DNA of 64,000 bases from Eledone cirrhosa (taxonomy: Eukaryota), in NCBI GenBank assembly GCA_964016885.1, contig OZ024744.1, positions 15,066,001 to 15,130,000 of the forward strand. The letters are read 5' to 3'. The notes beneath the pieces are model-generated. The model was not told where the DNA came from. It saw only the letters and a program-made list of their open reading frames with translations, and did no database searches. Shown here piece after piece: positions 1 through 15,000 of the stretch. Both the position numbers and the translations under genes were made by a program. The first letter of the stretch is position 1, and each line of letters begins with the position of its first letter.

Positions 1-3000
1 TACTCCAGCAATATGTAATGTATATTACTCCAGCAATATGTAATGTATATTACTCCAGCAATATGTAATGTATATTACTTCAGCAATATGTAATGTAGAT
101 TACTTCAGCAATATCTAATGTAGATTACTCCAGCAATATGCAATGTAGACTACTCCAGCAATATGTAATGTAGATTACTCCAGCAATATGTAATGTAGAT
201 TACTCCAGCAATATGTAATGCATATTACTCCAGCAATATGTAATGTAGATTACTACAGAAATATGTAATGTAGATTAGTCCAACAATATGTAATGTAGAT
301 TACTCCAGCAATATGTAATGTAGATTACTCCAGCAATATGGAATGTAGATTACTCCAGCAATATGTAATGTAGATTACTCCAGCAATATGTAATGTAGAT
401 TACTCCAGCAATATGTAATGTATATTACTTCAGCAATATGTAATGTAGATTACTCCAGCAATATCTAATGTATATTACTCCAGCAATATGTAATGTTGAT
501 TACTCCAGCAATATGTAGTGCATATTACTCCAGCAATATGTAATGTAGATTACTCCAGCAATATGTAATGTAGATTACTTCAGCAATATGTAATATAGAT
601 TACTCCAGCAATATGTAATGTAGATCACTCCAGCAATATGTAATGTAGATTATTCCAGCAATATGTAATGTAGATTACTGCAGCAATATGTAATGTAGAT
701 TACTCCAGCAATATGTAATGTAGATTACTCCAGCAATATGTAATGTATATTACTCCAGCAATATGTAATGTATATTACTCCAGCAATATGTAATGTGTAT
801 TACTCCAGCAATATGTAATGTATATTACTCCAGCAATATGTAATGTAGATTACTTCAGCAATATGTAATGTATATTACTTCAGCAATATGTAATGTAGAT
901 TACTCAGGCAATATGTAATGTAGATTACTTCAGCAATATGTAATGTATATTACTTCAGCAATATGTAATGTAGATTACTCCAGCAATATGTTATGCATAT
1001 TACTCCAGCAATATGTAATGTAGATTACTCCAGCAATATGTAGTGCATATTACTCCAGCAATATGTAATGTATATTATTCCAGCAATATGTAATGTAGAT
1101 TACTCCAGCAATATGTAATGTAGATTACTCCAGCAATATGTAATGTAGATTACTCCAGCAATATGTAATGTAGATTACTTCAGCAATATGTAATGTAGAT
1201 TACTCCAGCAATATGTAATGTAGATTACTCCAGCAATATGTAATGTAGATTACTCCAGCAATATGTAATGTATATTACTCCAGCTATATGTAATGTAGAT
1301 TACTCCAGCAATATGTAGTGTATATTACTTCAGCAATATCTAATTTAGATTACTCCAGCAATATGTAATGTAGATTACTCCAGCAATATGTAATGTAGAT
1401 TACTCCAGCAATATGTAATATAGATTACTCCAGCAATATGTAATGCATATTACTCCAGCAATATGTAATGTAGATTACTCCAGAAATATGTAATGTAGAT
1501 TACTCCAGCAATATGTAATGTAGATTACTCCAGCAATATGTAATGTAGATTACTCCAGCAATATGTAATGTAGATTACTTCAGCAATATGTAATGTAGAT
1601 TACTCCAGCAATATGTAATGTATATTACTTCAGCAATATGTAATGTAGATTACTCCAGCAATATGCAATGTAGATTACTCAAGCAATATGTAATGTAGAT
1701 TACTTAGGCAATATGTAATGTATATTACTTCAGCAATATGTAATGTATATTACTCCAGCAATATGTAATGTAGATTACTCCAGCAATATGTAATGTAGAT
1801 TACTCAAGCAATATGTAATGTAGATTACTCCAGCAATATGTAATGTATATTACTTCAGCAATATGTAATGTATATTACTCCAGCAATATGTAATGTAGAT
1901 TACTCCAGCAATATGTAATGTATATTACTCCAGCAACATGTAATGTAGATTACTCCAGCAATATCTAATGTATATTACTTCAGCAATATGCAATGTAGAT
2001 TACTCCAGCAATATGTAATGTAGATTACTCCAGCAATATGTAATGTAGATTACTCCAGCAATATGTAATGTAGATTACTCCAGCAATATGTAATGTATAT
2101 TACTTCAGCAATATGTAATGTAGATTACTCCAGCAATATGTAATGTAGATTACTTCAGCAATAGATAATGTAGATTACTCCAGCAATATGTAATGTAGAT
2201 TACTCCAGCAATATGTAATGTAGATTACTCCAGCAATATGTAATGTATATTACTTCAGCAATATGTAGTGCATATTACTCCAGCAATATGTAATGTATAT
2301 TACTCCAGCAATATGTAATTTAGATTACTCCAGCAATATGTAATGTATATTACTCCAGCAATATGTAATGTAGATTACTTCAGCAATATGTAATGTATAT
2401 TACTCCAGCAATATATAATGTAGATTACTCCAGCAATATGTAATGTAGATTACTCCAGCAATATGTAATGTATATTACTCCAGCAATATGTAATGTATAT
2501 TACTTCAGCAATTTGTAATGTAGATTACTCCAGCAATATGTAATGTAGATTACTCCAGCAATATGTAATGTATATTACTCCAGCAATATGTAATATATAT
2601 TACTCCAGCAATATGTAATGTAGATTACTCGAGCAATATGTAATGTATATTACTCCAGCAATATGTAATGTAGATTACTTCAGCAATAGATAATGTAGAT
2701 TACTCCAGCAATATGTAATGTAGATTACTCCAGCAATATGTAATGTAGATTACTCCAGCAATATGTAATGTATATTACTTCAGCAATATGTAGTGCATAT
2801 TACTCCAGCAATATGTAATGTATATTACTCCAGCAATATGTAATTTAGATTACTCCAGCAATATGTAATGTATATTACTCCAGCAATATGTAATGTAGAT
2901 TACTTCAGCAATATGTAATGTATATTACTCCAGCAATATATAATGTATATTACTTCAGCAATATGTAATGTAGATTACTCCAGCAATATGTTATGCATAT

Positions 3001-6000
3001 TACTCCAGCAATATGTAATGTATATTACTCCAGCAATATGTAATTTAGATTACTCCAGCAATATGTAATGTAGATTACTCCAGCAATATGTAATGTAGAT
3101 TACTCCAGCAATATGTAATGTATATTACTTCAGCAATATGTAATGTATATTACTCCAGCAATATGTAATGTAGATTACTCCAGCAATATGTAATGTAGAT
3201 TACTCCAGCAATATGTAATGTATATTACTCCAGCAATATATAATGTAGATTACTCCAGCAATATGTAATGTAGATTACTCCAGCAATATGTAATGTAGAT
3301 TACTCCAGCAATATGTAATGTAGATTACTTCAGCAATATGTAATGTAGATTACTCCAGCAATATGTAATGTAGATTACTCCAGCAATATGTAATGTAGAT
3401 TACTCCAGCAATATGTAATGTAGATTACTCCAGCAATATGTAATGTAGATTAGTCCAGCAATATGTAATGTATATTACTCCAGCAATATGTAATGTATAT
3501 TATTTCAGCAATATGTAATGCAGATTACTTCAGCAATATGTAATGTAGATTACACCAGCAATATGTAATGCATATTATTCTAGCAACATGTAATGTAGAT
3601 TACTCCAGCAATATGTAATGTAGATTACTTCAGCAATATGTAATGTAGATTACTCCAGCAATATGTAATGTATATTACTCCAGCAATATGTAATGTAGAT
3701 TACTCCAGCAATATGTAATTTTGATTACTCCAGCAATATGTAATGTATATTACTCCAGCAATATGTAATGTAGATTACTCCAGCAATATGTAATTTAGAT
3801 TACTCCAGTAATATGTAATGTATATTACTCCAGCAATATGTAATATAGATTACTCCAGCAATATGTAATGTAGATTACTTCAGCAATATGTAATGTAGAT
3901 TACTTCAGCAATATGTAATGTAGATTACTCCAGCAATATGTAATGTAGATTACTCCAGCAATATGTAATGTAGATTACTCCAGCAATATGTAATTTAGAT
4001 CACTCCAGCAATATGTAATGTATATTACTCCAGCAATATGTAATGTAGATTAGTCCAGCAATATGTAATGTATATTACTCCAGCAATATGTAATGTATAT
4101 TATTTCAGACAATATGTAATGCAGATTACTCCAGTAATATGTAATGTAGATTACTTCAGCAATATGTAATGTAGATTACTCCAGCAATATGTAATGTATA
4201 TTACTCCAGCAATATGTAATGTATATTACTCCAGCAATATGTAATTTAGATTACTCCAGCAATATGTAATGAATATTACTCCAGCAATATGTAATGTAGA
4301 TTACTTCAGCAATATGTAATGTATATTACTCCAGCAATATGTAATGTAGATTACTCCAGCAATATGTAATGTAGATTACTCCAGCAATATGTAATGTAGA
4401 TTACTCCAGCAATATGTAATGTATATTACTTCAGAAATATGTAATGTAGATTACTCCAGCAATATGTAATGTATATTACTCCAGCAATATGTAATGTAGA
4501 TTACTCCAGCAATATGTAGTGCATATTACTCCAGCAATATGTAATGTAGATTACTCCAGCAATATGTAATGTAGATTACTTCAGCAATATGTAATATAGA
4601 TTACTCCAGCAATATGTAATGTAGATCACTCCAGCAATATGTAATGTAGATTACTCCAGCAATATGTAATGTAGATTACTCCAGCAATATGTAATGTAGA
4701 TTACTCCAGCAATATGTAATGTATATTACTCCAGCAATATGTAATGTGTATTACTCCAGCAATATGTAATGTATATTACTCCAGCAATATGTAATGTAGA
4801 TTACTTCAGCAATATGTAATGTAGATTACTCAAGCAATATGTAATGTAGATTACTCCAGCAATATGTAATGTAGATTACTCCAGCAATATGTAATGTAGA
4901 TTACTCCAGCAATATGTAATGTAGATTACTCCAGCAATATGTAATGTATATTACTTCAGCAATATGTAATGTAGATTACTCCAGCAATATGTAATGTAGA
5001 TTACTCCAGCAATATGTAATGCAGAATACTTCAGCAATATGTAATATAGATTACTCCAGCAATATGTAGTGCATATTACTCCAGCAATATGTAATGTAGA
5101 TTACTCCAGCAATATGTAATGTAGATTACTTCAGCAATATGTAATATAGATTACTCCAGCAATATGTAATGTAGATCACTCCAGCAATATGTAATGTAGA
5201 TTATTCCAGCAATATGTAATGTAGATTACTCCAGCAATATGTAATGTAGATTACTCCAGCAATATGTAATGTAGATTACTCCAGCAATATGTAATGTATA
5301 TTACTCCAGCAATATGTAATGTATATTACTCCAGCAATATGTAATGTATATTACTCCAGCAATATGTAATGTATATTACTTCAGCAATATGTAATGTAGA
5401 TTACTTCAGCAATATCTAATGTAGATTACTCCAGCAATATGCAATGTAGATTACTCCAGCAATATGTAATGTAGATTACTCCAGCAATATGTAATGTAGA
5501 TTACTCCAGCAATATGTAATGCATATTACTCCAGCAATATGTAATGTAGATTACTACAGAAATATGTAATGTAGATTAGTCCAACAATATGTAATGTAGA
5601 TTACTCCAGCAATATGTAATGTAGATTACTCCAGCAATATGGAATGTAGATTACTCCAGCAATATGTAATGTAGATTACTCCAGCAATATGTAATGTAGA
5701 TTACTCCAGCAATATGTAATGTATATTACTTCAGCAATATGTAATGTAGATTACTCCAGCAATATCTAATGTATATTACTCCAGCAATATGTAATGTTGA
5801 TTACTCCAGCAATATGTAGTGCATATTACTCCAGCAATATGTAATGTAGATTACTCCAGCAATATGTAATGTAGATTACTTCAGCAATATGTAATATAGA
5901 TTACTCCAGCAATATGTAATGTAGATCACTCCAGCAATATGTAATGTAGATTATTCCAGCAATATGTAATGTAGATTACTGCAGCAATATGTAATGTAGA

Positions 6001-9000
6001 TTACTCCAGCAATATGTAATGTAGATTACTCCAGCAATATGTAATGTATATTACTCCAGCAATATGTAATGTATATTACTCCAGCAATATGTAATGTGTA
6101 TTACTCCAGCAATATGTAATGTATATTACTCCAGCAATATGTAATGTAGATTACTTCAGCAATATGTAATGTATATTACTTCAGCAATATGTAATGTAGA
6201 TTACTCAGGCAATATGTAATGTAGATTACTTCAGCAATATGTAATGTATATTACTTCAGCAATATGTAATGTAGATTACTCCAGCAATATGTTATGCATA
6301 TTACTCCAGCAATATGTAATGTAGATTACTCCAGCAATATGTAGTGCATATTACTCCAGCAATATGTAATGTATATTATTCCAGCAATATGTAATGTAGA
6401 TTACTCCAGCAATATGTAATGTAGATTACTCCAGCAATATGTAATGTAGATTACTCCAGCAATATGTAATGTAGATTACTTCAGCAATATGTAATGTAGA
6501 TTACTCCAGCAATATGTAATGTAGATTACTCCAGCAATATGTAATGTAGATTACTCCAGCAATATGTAATGTATATTACTCCAGCTATATGTAATGTAGA
6601 TTACTCCAGCAATATGTAGTGTATATTACTTCAGCAATATCTAATTTAGATTACTCCAGCAATATGTAATGTAGATTACTCCAGCAATATGTAATGTAGA
6701 TTACTCCAGCAATATGTAATATAGATTACTCCAGCAATATGTAATGCATATTACTCCAGCAATATGTAATGTAGATTACTCCAGAAATATGTAATGTAGA
6801 TTACTCCAGCAATATGTAATGTAGATTACTCCAGCAATATGTAATGTAGATTACTCCAGCAATATGTAATGTAGATTACTTCAGCAATATGTAATGTAGA
6901 TTACTCCAGCAATATGTAATGTATATTACTTCAGCAATATGTAATGTAGATTACTCCAGCAATATGTAATGTAGATTACTCAAGCAATATGTAATGTAGA
7001 TTACTTAGGCAATATGTAATGTATATTACTTCAGCAATATGTAATGTATATTACTCCAGCAATATGTAATGTAGATTACTTCAGCAATATGTAATGTATA
7101 TTACTTCAGCAATATGTAATGTAGATTACTCCAGCAATATGTTATGCATATTACTCCAGCAATATGTAATGTACATTACTCCAGCAATATGTAGTGCATA
7201 TTACTCCAGCAATATGTAATGTATATTATTCCAGCAATATGTAATGTAGATTACTCCAGCAATATGTAATGTAGATTACTCCAGCAATATGTAATGTAGA
7301 TTACTCCAGCAATATGTAATGTAGATTACTTCAGCAATATGTAATGTAGATTACTCCAGCAATATGTAATGTAGATTACTCCAGCAATATGTAATGTAGA
7401 TTACTCCAGCAATATGTAATGTATATTACTCCAGCTATATGTAATGTAGATTACTCCAGCAATATGTAGTGTATATTACTTCAGCAATATCTAATTTAGA
7501 TTACTCCAGCAATATGTAATGTAGATTACTCCAGCAATATGTAATGTAGATTACTCCAGCAATATGTAATGTAGATTACTCCAGCAATATGTAATGCATA
7601 TTACTCCAGCAATATGTAATGTAGATTACTCCAGAAATATGTAATGTAGATTACTCCAGCAATATGTAATGTAGATTACTCCAGCAATATGTAATGTAGA
7701 TTACTCCAGCAATATGTAATGTAGATTACTTCAGCAATATGTAATGTAGATTACTCCAGCAATATGTAATGTATATTACTTCAGCAATATGTAATGTAGA
7801 TTACTCCAGCAATATGTAATGTCGATTACTTCAGCAATAGATAATGTAGATTACTCCAGCAATATGTAATGTAGATTACTCCAGCAATATGTAATGTATA
7901 TTACTCCAGCAACATGTAATGTAGATTACTCCAGCAATATCTAATGTATATTACTTCAGCAATATGCAATGTAGATTACTCCAGCAATATGTAATGTAGA
8001 TTACTCCAGCAATATGTAATGTAGATTACTCCAGCAATATGTAATGTAGATTACTCCAGCAATATGTAATGTAGATTACTCCAGCAATATGTAATGTATA
8101 TTACTCCAGCAATATGTAATGTAGATTACTCCAGCAATATGTAATGTAGATTACTTCAGCAATATGTAATGTAGATTACTCCAGCAATATGTAATGTAGA
8201 TTACTCCAGCAATATGTAATGTAGATTACTCCAGCAATATGTAATGTATATTACTCCAGCAATATGTAGTGCATATTACTCCAGCAATATGTAATGTATA
8301 TTACTCCAGCAATATGTAATGTATATTACTCCAGCAATATGTAATGTATATTACTCCAGCAATATGTAATGTATATTACTCCAGCAATATATAATGTATA
8401 TTACTCCAGCAATATGTAATGTAGATTACTCCAGCAATATGTAATGTAGATTACTCCAGCAATATGTAATGTATATTACTCCAGCAATATGTAATGTATA
8501 TTACTCCAGCAATATGTAATGTATATTACTCCAGCAATATGTAATGTATATTACTTCAGCAATATGTAATGTAGATTACGTCAGCAATATCTAATGTAGA
8601 TTACTCCAGCAATATGCAATGTAGATTACTCCAGCAATATGTAATGTAGATTACTCCAGCAATATGTAATGTAGATTACTCCAGCAATATGTAATGCATA
8701 TTACTCCAGCAATATGTAATGTAGATTACTACAGAAATATGTAATGTAGATTAGTCCAACAATATGTAATGTAGATTACTCCAGCAATATGTAATGTAGA
8801 TTACTCCAGCAATATGGAATGTAGATTACTCCAGCAATATGTAATGTAGATTACTCCAGCAATATGTAATGTAGATTACTCCAGCAATATGTAATGTATA
8901 TTACTTCAGCAATATGTAATGTAGATTACTCCAGCAATATCTAATGTATATTACTCCAGCAATATGTAATGTTGATTACTCCAGCAATATGTAGTGCATA

Positions 9001-12000
9001 TTACTCCAGCAATATGTAATGTAGATTACTCCAGCAATATGTAATGTAGATTACTTCAGCAATATGTAATATAGATTACTCCAGCAATATGTAATGTAGA
9101 TCACTCCAGCAATATGTAATGTAGATTATTCCAGCAATATGTAATGTAGATTACTGCAGCAATATGTAATGTAGATTACTCCAGCAATATGTAATGTAGA
9201 TTACTCCAGCAATATGTAATGTATATTACTCCAGCAATATGTAATGTATATTACTCCAGCAATATGTAATGTGTATTACTCCAGCAATATGTAATGTATA
9301 TTACTCCAGCAATATGTAATGTAGATTACTTCAGCAATATGTAATGTATATTACTTCAGCAATATGTAATGTAGATTACTCAGGCAATATGTAATGTAGA
9401 TTACTTCAGCAATATGTAATGTATATTACTTCAGCAATATGTAATGTAGATTACTCCAGCAATATGTTATGCATATTACTCCAGCAATATGTAATGTAGA
9501 TTACTCCAGCAATATGTAGTGCATATTACTCCAGCAATATGTAATGTATATTATTCCAGCAATATGTAATGTAGATTACTCCAGCAATATGTAATGTAGA
9601 TTACTCCAGCAATATGTAATGTAGATTACTCCAGCAATATGTAATGTAGATTACTTCAGCAATATGTAATGTAGATTACTCCAGCAATATGTAATGTAGA
9701 TTACTCCAGCAATATGTAATGTAGATTACTCCAGCAATATGTAATGTATATTACTCCAGCTATATGTAATGTAGATTACTCCAGCAATATGTAGTGTATA
9801 TTACTTCAGCAATATCTAATTTAGATTACTCCAGCAATATGTAATGTAGATTACTCCAGCAATATGTAATGTAGATTACTCCAGCAATATGTAATATAGA
9901 TTACTCCAGCAATATGTAATGCATATTACTCCAGCAATATGTAATGTAGATTACTCCAGAAATATGTAATGTAGATTACTCCAGCAATATGTAATGTAGA
10001 TTACTCCAGCAATATGTAATGTAGATTACTCCAGCAATATGTAATGTAGATTACTTCAGCAATATGTAATGTAGATTACTCCAGCAATATGTAATGTATA
10101 TTACTTCAGCAATATGTAATGTAGATTACTCCAGCAATATGTAATGTAGATTACTCAAGCAATATGTAATGTAGATTACTTAGGCAATATGTAATGTATA
10201 TTACTTCAGCAATATGTAATGTATATTACTCCAGCAATATGTAATGTAGATTACTTCAGCAATATGTAATGTATATTACTTCAGCAATATGTAATGTAGA
10301 TTACTCCAGCAATATGTTATGCATATTACTCCAGCAATATGTAATGTACATTACTCCAGCAATATGTAGTGCATATTACTCCAGCAATATGTAATGTATA
10401 TTATTCCAGCAATATGTAATGTAGATTACTCCAGCAATATGTAATGTAGATTACTCCAGCAATATGTAATGTAGATTACTCCAGCAATATGTAATGTAGA
10501 TTACTTCAGCAATATGTAATGTAGATTACTCCAGCAATATGTAATGTAGATTACTCCAGCAATATGTAATGTAGATTACTCCAGCAATATGTAATGTATA
10601 TTACTCCAGCTATATGTAATGTAGATTACTCCAGCAATATGTAGTGTATATTACTTCAGCAATATCTAATTTAGATTACTCCAGCAATATGTAATGTAGA
10701 TTACTCCAGCAATATGTAATGTAGATTACTCCAGCAATATGTAATGTAGATTACTCCAGCAATATGTAATGCATATTACTCCAGCAATATGTAATGTAGA
10801 TTACTCCAGAAATATGTAATGTAGATTACTCCAGCAATATGTAATGTAGATTACTCCAGCAATATGTAATGTAGATTACTCCAGCAATATGTAATGTAGA
10901 TTACTTCAGCAATATGTAATGTAGATTACTCCAGCAATATGTAATGTATATTACTTCAGCAATATGTAATGTAGATTACTCCAGCAATATGTAATGTCGA
11001 TTACTTCAGCAATAGATAATGTAGATTACTCCAGCAATATGTAATGTAGATTACTCCAGCAATATGTAATGTATATTACTCCAGCAACATGTAATGTAGA
11101 TTACTCCAGCAATATCTAATGTATATTACTTCAGCAATATGCAATGTAGATTACTCCAGCAATATGTAATGTAGATTACTCCAGCAATATGTAATGTAGA
11201 TTACTCCAGCAATATGTAATGTAGATTACTCCAGCAATATGTAATGTAGATTACTCCAGCAATATGTAATGTATATTACTCCAGCAATATGTAATGTAGA
11301 TTACTCCAGCAATATGTAATGTAGATTACTTCAGCAATATGTAATGTAGATTACTCCAGCAATATGTAATGTAGATTACTCCAGCAATATGTAATGTAGA
11401 TTACTCCAGCAATATGTAATGTATATTACTCCAGCAATATGTAGTGCATATTACTCCAGCAATATGTAATGTATATTACTCCAGCAATATGTAATGTATA
11501 TTACTCCAGCAATATGTAATGTATATTACTCCAGCAATATGTAATGTATATTACTCCAGCAATATATAATGTATATTACTCCAGCAATATGTAATGTAGA
11601 TTACTCCAGCAATATGTAATGTAGATTACTCCAGCAATATGTAATGTATATTACTCCAGCAATATGTAATGTATATTACTTCAGCAATTTGTAATGTAGA
11701 TTACTCCAGCAATATGTAATGTAGATTACTCCAGCAATATGTAATGTAGATTACTCCAGCAATATGTAATATATATTACTCCAGCAATATGTAATGTAGA
11801 TTACTCGAGCAATATGTAATGTATATTACTCCAGCAATATGTAATGTAGATTACTCCAGCAATATGTAATGTAGATTAATTCAGCAATATGTAATGTAGA
11901 TTACTCCAGCAATATGTAATGTAGATTACTCCAGCAATATGTAATGTAGATTACTCCAGCAATATGTAATGTAGATTACTCCAGCAATATGTAATGTATA

Positions 12001-15000
12001 TTACTCCAGCAATATGTAATGTATATTACTTCAGCAATATGTAATGTATATTACTTTAGCTATATGTAATGTATATTACTCCAGCAATATGTAATGTAGA
12101 TTACTCCAGCAATATGTAATGTAGATTACTCCAGCAATATGTAATGTATATTACTTCAGCAATATGTAATGTAGATTACTCCAGCCATATGTAATGTATA
12201 TTACTTCAGCATTATGTAATGTAGATTACTCCAGCAATATGTAATGTAGATTACTCCAGCAATATGTAATGTAGATTACTCCAGCAACATGTAGTGCATA
12301 ATACTCCAGCAATATGCAATGTATATTACTCCAGCAATATGTAATGTAGATAACTCCAGCAATATGTAATGTAGATTACTCCAGCAATATGTAATGTATA
12401 TTACTCCAGCAATATGTAATGTATATTACTCCAGCAATATGTAATGTAGATTACTTCAGCAATATGTAATGTATATTACTTCAGCAATATGTAATGTATA
12501 TTACTCCAGCAATATGTAATGTAGATTACTCCAGCAATATGTAATGTAGATTACTCCAGCAACATGTAATGTAGATTACTCCAGCAATATGTAATGTAGA
12601 TTACTCCAGCAATATGTAATGTATATTACTTCAGCAATATGTAATGTAGATTACTCCAGCAATATGTAATGTAGATTACTCCAGCAATATGTAATGTAGA
12701 TTACTCCAGCAATATGTAATGTAGATTACTTCAGCAATATGTAATGTAGATTACTCCAGCAATATGTAATGTAGATTGCTCCAGCAATATGTAATGTAGA
12801 TTAGTCCAGCAATATGTAATGTATATTACTCCAGCAATATGTAATGTATATTATTTCAGCAATATGTAATGCAGATTACTTCAGCAATATGTAATGTAGA
12901 TTACACCAGCAATATGTAATGCATATTATTCTAGCAACATGTAATGTAGATTACTCCAGCAATATGTAATGTAGATTACTTCAGCAATATGTAATGTAGA
13001 TTACTCCAGCAATATGTAATGTATATTACTCCAGCAATATGTAATGTAGATTACTCCAGCAATATGTAATTTAGATTACTCCAGCAATATGTAATGTATA
13101 TTACTCCAGCAATATGTAATGTAGATTACTCCAGCAATATGTAATGTATATTATTTCAGCAATATGTAATGCAGATTACTTCAGCAATATGTAATGTATA
13201 TTACTCCAGCAATATGTAATATAGATTACTCCAGCAATATGTAATGTAGATTACTTCAGCAATATGTAATGTAGATTACTTCAGCAATATGTAATGTAGA
13301 TTACTCCAGCAATATGTAATGTAGATTACTCCAGCAATATGTAATTTAGATCACTCAAGCAATATGTAATGTATATTACTCCAGCAATATGTAATGTAGA
13401 TTAGTCCAGCAATATGTAATGTTTATTACTCCAGCAATATGTAATGTATATTATTTCAGACAATATGTAATGCAGATTACTCCAGCAATATGTAATGTAG
13501 ATTACTCCAGCAATATGTAATGTATATTACTTCAGCAATATGTAATGTAGATTACTTCAGCAATATGTAATGTAGATTACTCCAGCAATATGTAATGTAT
13601 ATTACTCCAGCAATATGTAATGTATATTACTCCAGCAATATGTAATTTAGATTACTCCAGCAATATGTAATGAATATTACTCCAGCAATATGTAATGTAG
13701 ATTACTTCAGCAATATGTAATGTATATTACTCCAGCAATATGTAATGTAGATTACTCCAGCAATATGTAATGTAGATTACTCCAGCAATATGTAATGTAG
13801 ATTACTCCAGCAATATGTAATGTATATTACTTCAGCAATATGTAATGTAGATTACTCCAGCAATATGTAATGTATATTACTCCAGCAATATGTAATGTAG
13901 ATTACTCCAGCAATATGTAGTGCATATTACTCCAGCAATATGTAATGTAGATTACTCCAGCAATATGTAATGTAGATTACTTCAGCAATATGTAATATAG
14001 ATTACTCCAGCAATATGTAATGTAGATTACTTCAGCAATATGTAATATAGATTACTCCAGCAATATGTAATGTAGATCACTCCAGCAATATGTAATGTAG
14101 ATTACTCCAGCGATATGTAATGTAGATTACTCCAGCAATATGTAATGTAGATTACTCCAGCAATATGTAATGTATATTACTCCAGCAATAAGTAATGTGT
14201 ATTACTCCAGCAATATGTAATGTATATTACTCCAGCAATATGTAATGTAGATTACTTCAGCAATATGTAATGTAGATTACTCAAGCAATATGTAATGTAG
14301 ATTACTCCAGCAATATGTAATGTAGATTACTCCAGCAATATGTAATGTAGATTACTCCAGCAATATGTAATGTAGATTACTCCAGCAATATGTAATGTAT
14401 ATTACTTCAGCAATATGTAATGTAGATTACTCCAATAATATGTAATGTAGATTACTCCAGCAATATGTAATGCAGATTACTTCAGCAATATGTAATATAG
14501 ATTACTCCAGCAATATGTAGTGCATATTACTCCAGCAATATGTAATGTAGATTACTCCAGCAATATGTAATGTAGATTACTTCAGCAATATGTAATATAG
14601 ATTACTCCAGCAATATGTAATGTAGATCACTCCAGCAATATGTAATGTAGATTAATTCAGCAATATGTAATGTAGATTACTCCAGCAATATGTAATGTAG
14701 ATTACTCCAGCAATATGTAATGTAGATTACTCCAGCAATATGTAATGTAGATTACTCCAGCAATATGTAATGTATATTACTCCAGCAATATGTAATGTAT
14801 ATTACTTCAGCAATATGTAATGTATATTACTTTAGCTATATGTAATGTATATTACTCCAGCAATATGTAATGTAGATTACTCCAGCAATATGTAATGTAG
14901 ATTACTCCAGCAATATGTAATGTATATTACTTCAGCAATATGTAATGTAGATTACTCCAGCCATATGTAATGTATATTACTTCAGCATTATGTAATGTAG

